From IMG/VR virus record IMGVR_UViG_3300025138_000029: 20,000 nt of DNA. One strand, 5' to 3'. The notes beneath the pieces are model-generated. The model was not told where the DNA came from, searched no databases, and saw only the letters and a program-made list of their open reading frames with translations. The stretch comes from an uncultured virus (IMG/VR IMGVR_UViG_3300025138_000029) (taxonomy: Duplodnaviria > Heunggongvirae > Uroviricota > Caudoviricetes). A program made the position numbers and the translations under genes. Below, piece after piece: positions 18,701 through 20,000 of this stretch (position 1 is its first letter; each line of letters starts with the position of its first letter).

Positions 18701-19157
18701 GGACCTAATAATAACGGCAATTAATAACTTAGGTTATAATATTCCGTCATGTAATCCAACACCTACACCAACTCCAACACCTACAACTACACCTACGGCA
18801 GCGGTGTTAAATCTTGATTTTAATCTTAGTTCTTGTGCGAGAGGTACAGTAAGTGTAACTTTAAATAATACGACTTCACTATTTAGTGCTAATTATCAAA
18901 ATTCTACATATAATAACCCACAAACTTTTTCTAATACGTTTAATGTTAATATTGGAGATGTTATACAAATAAGTGTTGAAACTTTTGCACCAATAGGTTC
19001 AGGATGTTTAAAAAATCCTATTTATACAGGAACTCAGGGAGTTGTCGACTTAAATACTACTCAACTTATTGATGTTACTAATGGATTTACTTTAGCTAAC
19101 CCTGTAATTTCGCAAACAACTAATAATCTCGATATTGATTTGACTGTAGTAACATAA
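12753..19157 (+). CDS. Giant modular tail-fibre/adhesin-like virion protein (2134 aa): Cys-rich modules, two vWA-like domains, about 7 SprB-type repeats, Thr-Pro linkers
   Basis: TAATG coupling to the wedge gene. SprB-type units such as C....[46 protein letters not shown]; MIDAS motif VFFDDSGSM; three (TP)n linkers; about 50 Cys by manual count. No signal peptide and no recognisable T9SS C-terminal sorting domain. Confidence 0.8.
   Translation: [2134 protein letters not shown]
14157..14400 (+). repeat. Thr-Pro linker 1, containing a 5 x 18-nt tandem repeat (PAVTTT)
   Basis: Units at 14205-14294: CCGGCAGTAACAACTACA, CCGGCAGTAACCCCAACA, CCCGCAGTAACAACTACA, CCAGCAGTAACAACTACA, CCAGCAGTAACAACTACA, flanked by 6-nt Thr-Pro repeats. 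Confidence 0.9.
14451..15520 (+). other. Divergent vWA-like domain 1 within the 2134-aa protein
   Basis: [10 protein letters not shown] (beta1 plus degenerate MIDAS, Asp at 14469) followed by an amphipathic helix, and [11 protein letters not shown] (beta4 plus Asp at 14976). Boundaries are approximate. Confidence 0.5.
15855..17600 (+). repeat. About seven tandem SprB-type beta-repeats (about 75-95 aa each)
   Basis: Recurring C-x(3-6)-G-x-(I/A/L)...(S)GG(T)xP(Y/F)...L..G.Y.V.V.D..GC pattern, ending in QDSSG, TDFGG, TDNDGC, TDAGGC, VNSQGNC, NDNGNC and VDATGC. The repeats are diverged at the DNA level. Confidence 0.8.
18033..18090 (+). repeat. Thr-Pro linker 2
   Basis: [20 protein letters not shown] between the wedge-shared domain and vWA domain 2. 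Confidence 0.85.
18117..18752 (+). other. vWA-like domain 2 with an intact DxSxS MIDAS motif
   Basis: [12 protein letters not shown] (18120-18155) and [14 protein letters not shown] (Asp at 18369), with an alternating beta/alpha pattern bounded by Thr-Pro linkers. Confidence 0.7.
18756..18800 (+). repeat. Thr-Pro linker 3
   Basis: [15 protein letters not shown] preceding a roughly 115-aa beta-rich C-terminal domain. Confidence 0.85.
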
Positions 19158-19208
19158 AAGGAATTGATAAATAAAAAAGTAAATAGAAAAATGGATTTTA
19201 CAATCTTG

Positions 19209-19220
19209 CAGTATTTATAT
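19209..19220 (+). promoter_or_regulatory. Candidate phage late-promoter motif (CAG)TATTTATA(T)
   Basis: Lies in the 81-nt intergenic gap; the TATTTAT core (19212-19218) ends 20 nt before the ATG at 19239 and matches the core at 134-140. Confidence 0.5.
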
Positions 19221-19238
19221 AACAAACATACTAAGTAA

Positions 19239-20000
19239 ATGTCTCAAGTAATAATAAGATTAACATTAAGTTCAAACGCAGTTGGACCGTTCAACATATA
19301 TACGGGTTCTACTTCGACTACGCCTATAAAAACTGATGTAAATAGAGACCAAATTACTGCGGGAGTTGTTTTAGATTTACCAGGTTCAGTTGCGGGAATT
19401 CAATATACTATATTCGTAGTAAACAAACAAGTAGGGTGTAATGATGAGACAGTGTCTAAAAAAGTTGTTGTGTATGCACCTAATGTTACACCAAGTTTCA
19501 CTCCAACAAATACGGTTACACCTACGATTACGCCAACAGTAACGTCAACATCACCGGCAGTTACTCCAACTAATACCCCAACAGTTACGATGACTATGAC
19601 AGTCACACCAACTAACACCGTTACTGCAACACCTACTGATACTCCAGGAGCGAGTCCTACAAGTACCCCTACTAATACTGTGACTCCGACAGTTACTCTA
19701 ACTAATACACCGACAAATACGGTTACACCTACTAATACAATAACTCCGACAAATACACCAACTAATACAGTTACGGTTACTCCGTCTGTAACGCCAGGTG
19801 CTAGCCCAACTAATACACCGACTAATACTGTTACACCATCCGTAACTGCACAAGTAACTCCGACAAATACACCGACAAATACGGTTACACCTACAGTTAC
19901 AACAACAGTTACGCCAACTATTACTCCAACTAATACGGTAACTCCTTCAGTAACTGCTGAAGTTACACCAACTATTACAAGTACTGTGACTCCGACAGTT
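19239..20000 (+). CDS. 5' part (254 codons, runs off the window) of a mucin-like Thr/Pro-rich putative virion protein
   Basis: Manual translation is open to the window end: [82 protein letters not shown], then more than 170 aa of [14 protein letters not shown] repeats. It is absent from the ORF track because no stop falls inside the window. Confidence 0.85.
   Translation, partial: MSQVIIRLTLSSNAVGPFNIYTGSTSTTPIKTDVNRDQITAGVVLDLPGSVAGIQYTIFVVNKQVGCNDETVSKKVVVYAPNVTPSFTPTNTVTPTITPTVTSTSPAVTPTNTPTVTMTMTVTPTNTVTATPTDTPGASPTSTPTNTVTPTVTLTNTPTNTVTPTNTITPTNTPTNTVTVTPSVTPGASPTNTPTNTVTPSVTAQVTPTNTPTNTVTPTVTTTVTPTITPTNTVTPSVTAEVTPTITSTVTPTV
19485..20000 (+). repeat. Low-complexity Thr/Pro/Val/Asn repeat region
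   Basis: Degenerate TPT(N/V)T units, duplicated TPGASPT and VTPSVTA(Q/E)VTPT peptides, and an exact 29-nt direct repeat AATACACCGACAAATACGGTTACACCTAC at 19704-19732 and 19866-19894. Confidence 0.9.

Larger units (their letters stand above)
1..20000 (+). mobile_element. Segment of a large tailed-phage genome (baseplate/tail-fibre structural module), probable Bacteroidota host
   Basis: Co-directional, overlapping or abutting large ORFs; gp6-like and gpI-like baseplate wedge motifs; no housekeeping genes; no Shine-Dalgarno sequences upstream of starts; SprB-, PKD- and vWA-type domains typical of Bacteroidota surface proteins. Free phage versus prophage cannot be told from this window. Confidence 0.85.

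Noticed and set aside
155..19157. Stop-codon reassignment (TAG or TGA read-through)
   Set aside because: All long ORFs are intact under the standard code and tile the window without gaps, so there is no in-frame TAG or TGA to reinterpret.
12753..19157. Calling the 2134-aa gene a cellular sprB gliding adhesin
   Set aside because: No signal peptide, no recognisable T9SS C-terminal domain, no spr/gld neighbours, and it is coupled to a baseplate wedge gene; the gene symbol is withheld.
19158..19238. Intrinsic terminator after the fibre gene
   Set aside because: No GC-rich stem followed by a U-tract; the gap is simply A-rich.
19400..19618. Minus-strand 72-aa Val/Gly-rich ORF
   Set aside because: Antisense shadow of the Thr/Pro-rich + strand gene starting at 19239.
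1..20000. Bacterial extracellular contractile injection system (eCIS) or T6SS locus instead of a phage
   Set aside because: No recognisable Afp/Tss gene order, ATPase or regulators here, and the gene packing with a late-promoter-like motif fits a large phage better. It is not fully excluded without flanking capsid or terminase genes.

Overview
An AT-rich (roughly one-third GC by eye, not computed), densely coding window with every supported gene on the + strand. It reads as the baseplate/tail-fibre module of a large contractile-tailed (myovirus-like, probably jumbo) phage, with a likely Bacteroidota/Flavobacteria host. It starts in the last 26 codons of a T4 gp6-like baseplate wedge gene. Seven tightly coupled ORFs follow (1680, 582, 286, 360, 302, 987 and 2134 aa), then a 3'-truncated mucin-like Thr/Pro gene at 19239 that the ORF track missed. 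The 987-aa protein carries a P2 gpI/T4 gp7-like wedge motif (KSKGT). The 2134-aa protein is a modular adhesin-like fibre: Cys-rich modules, two vWA-like domains, about seven SprB-type repeats and three Thr-Pro linkers. Most notable are (1) a Cys-rich domain shared between the wedge protein C-terminus and the fibre, a possible docking module; (2) gliding-adhesin-type repeats in a phage fibre; (3) an enriched [S/T]-G-x-T motif in the structural proteins; (4) a long membrane-like hydrophobic hairpin in the 1680-aa protein; and (5) a candidate late-promoter motif embedded in a hairpin. All family assignments come from motif recognition by eye; no database searches were run. No RNA genes, CRISPR arrays, integrases or transposases were seen.
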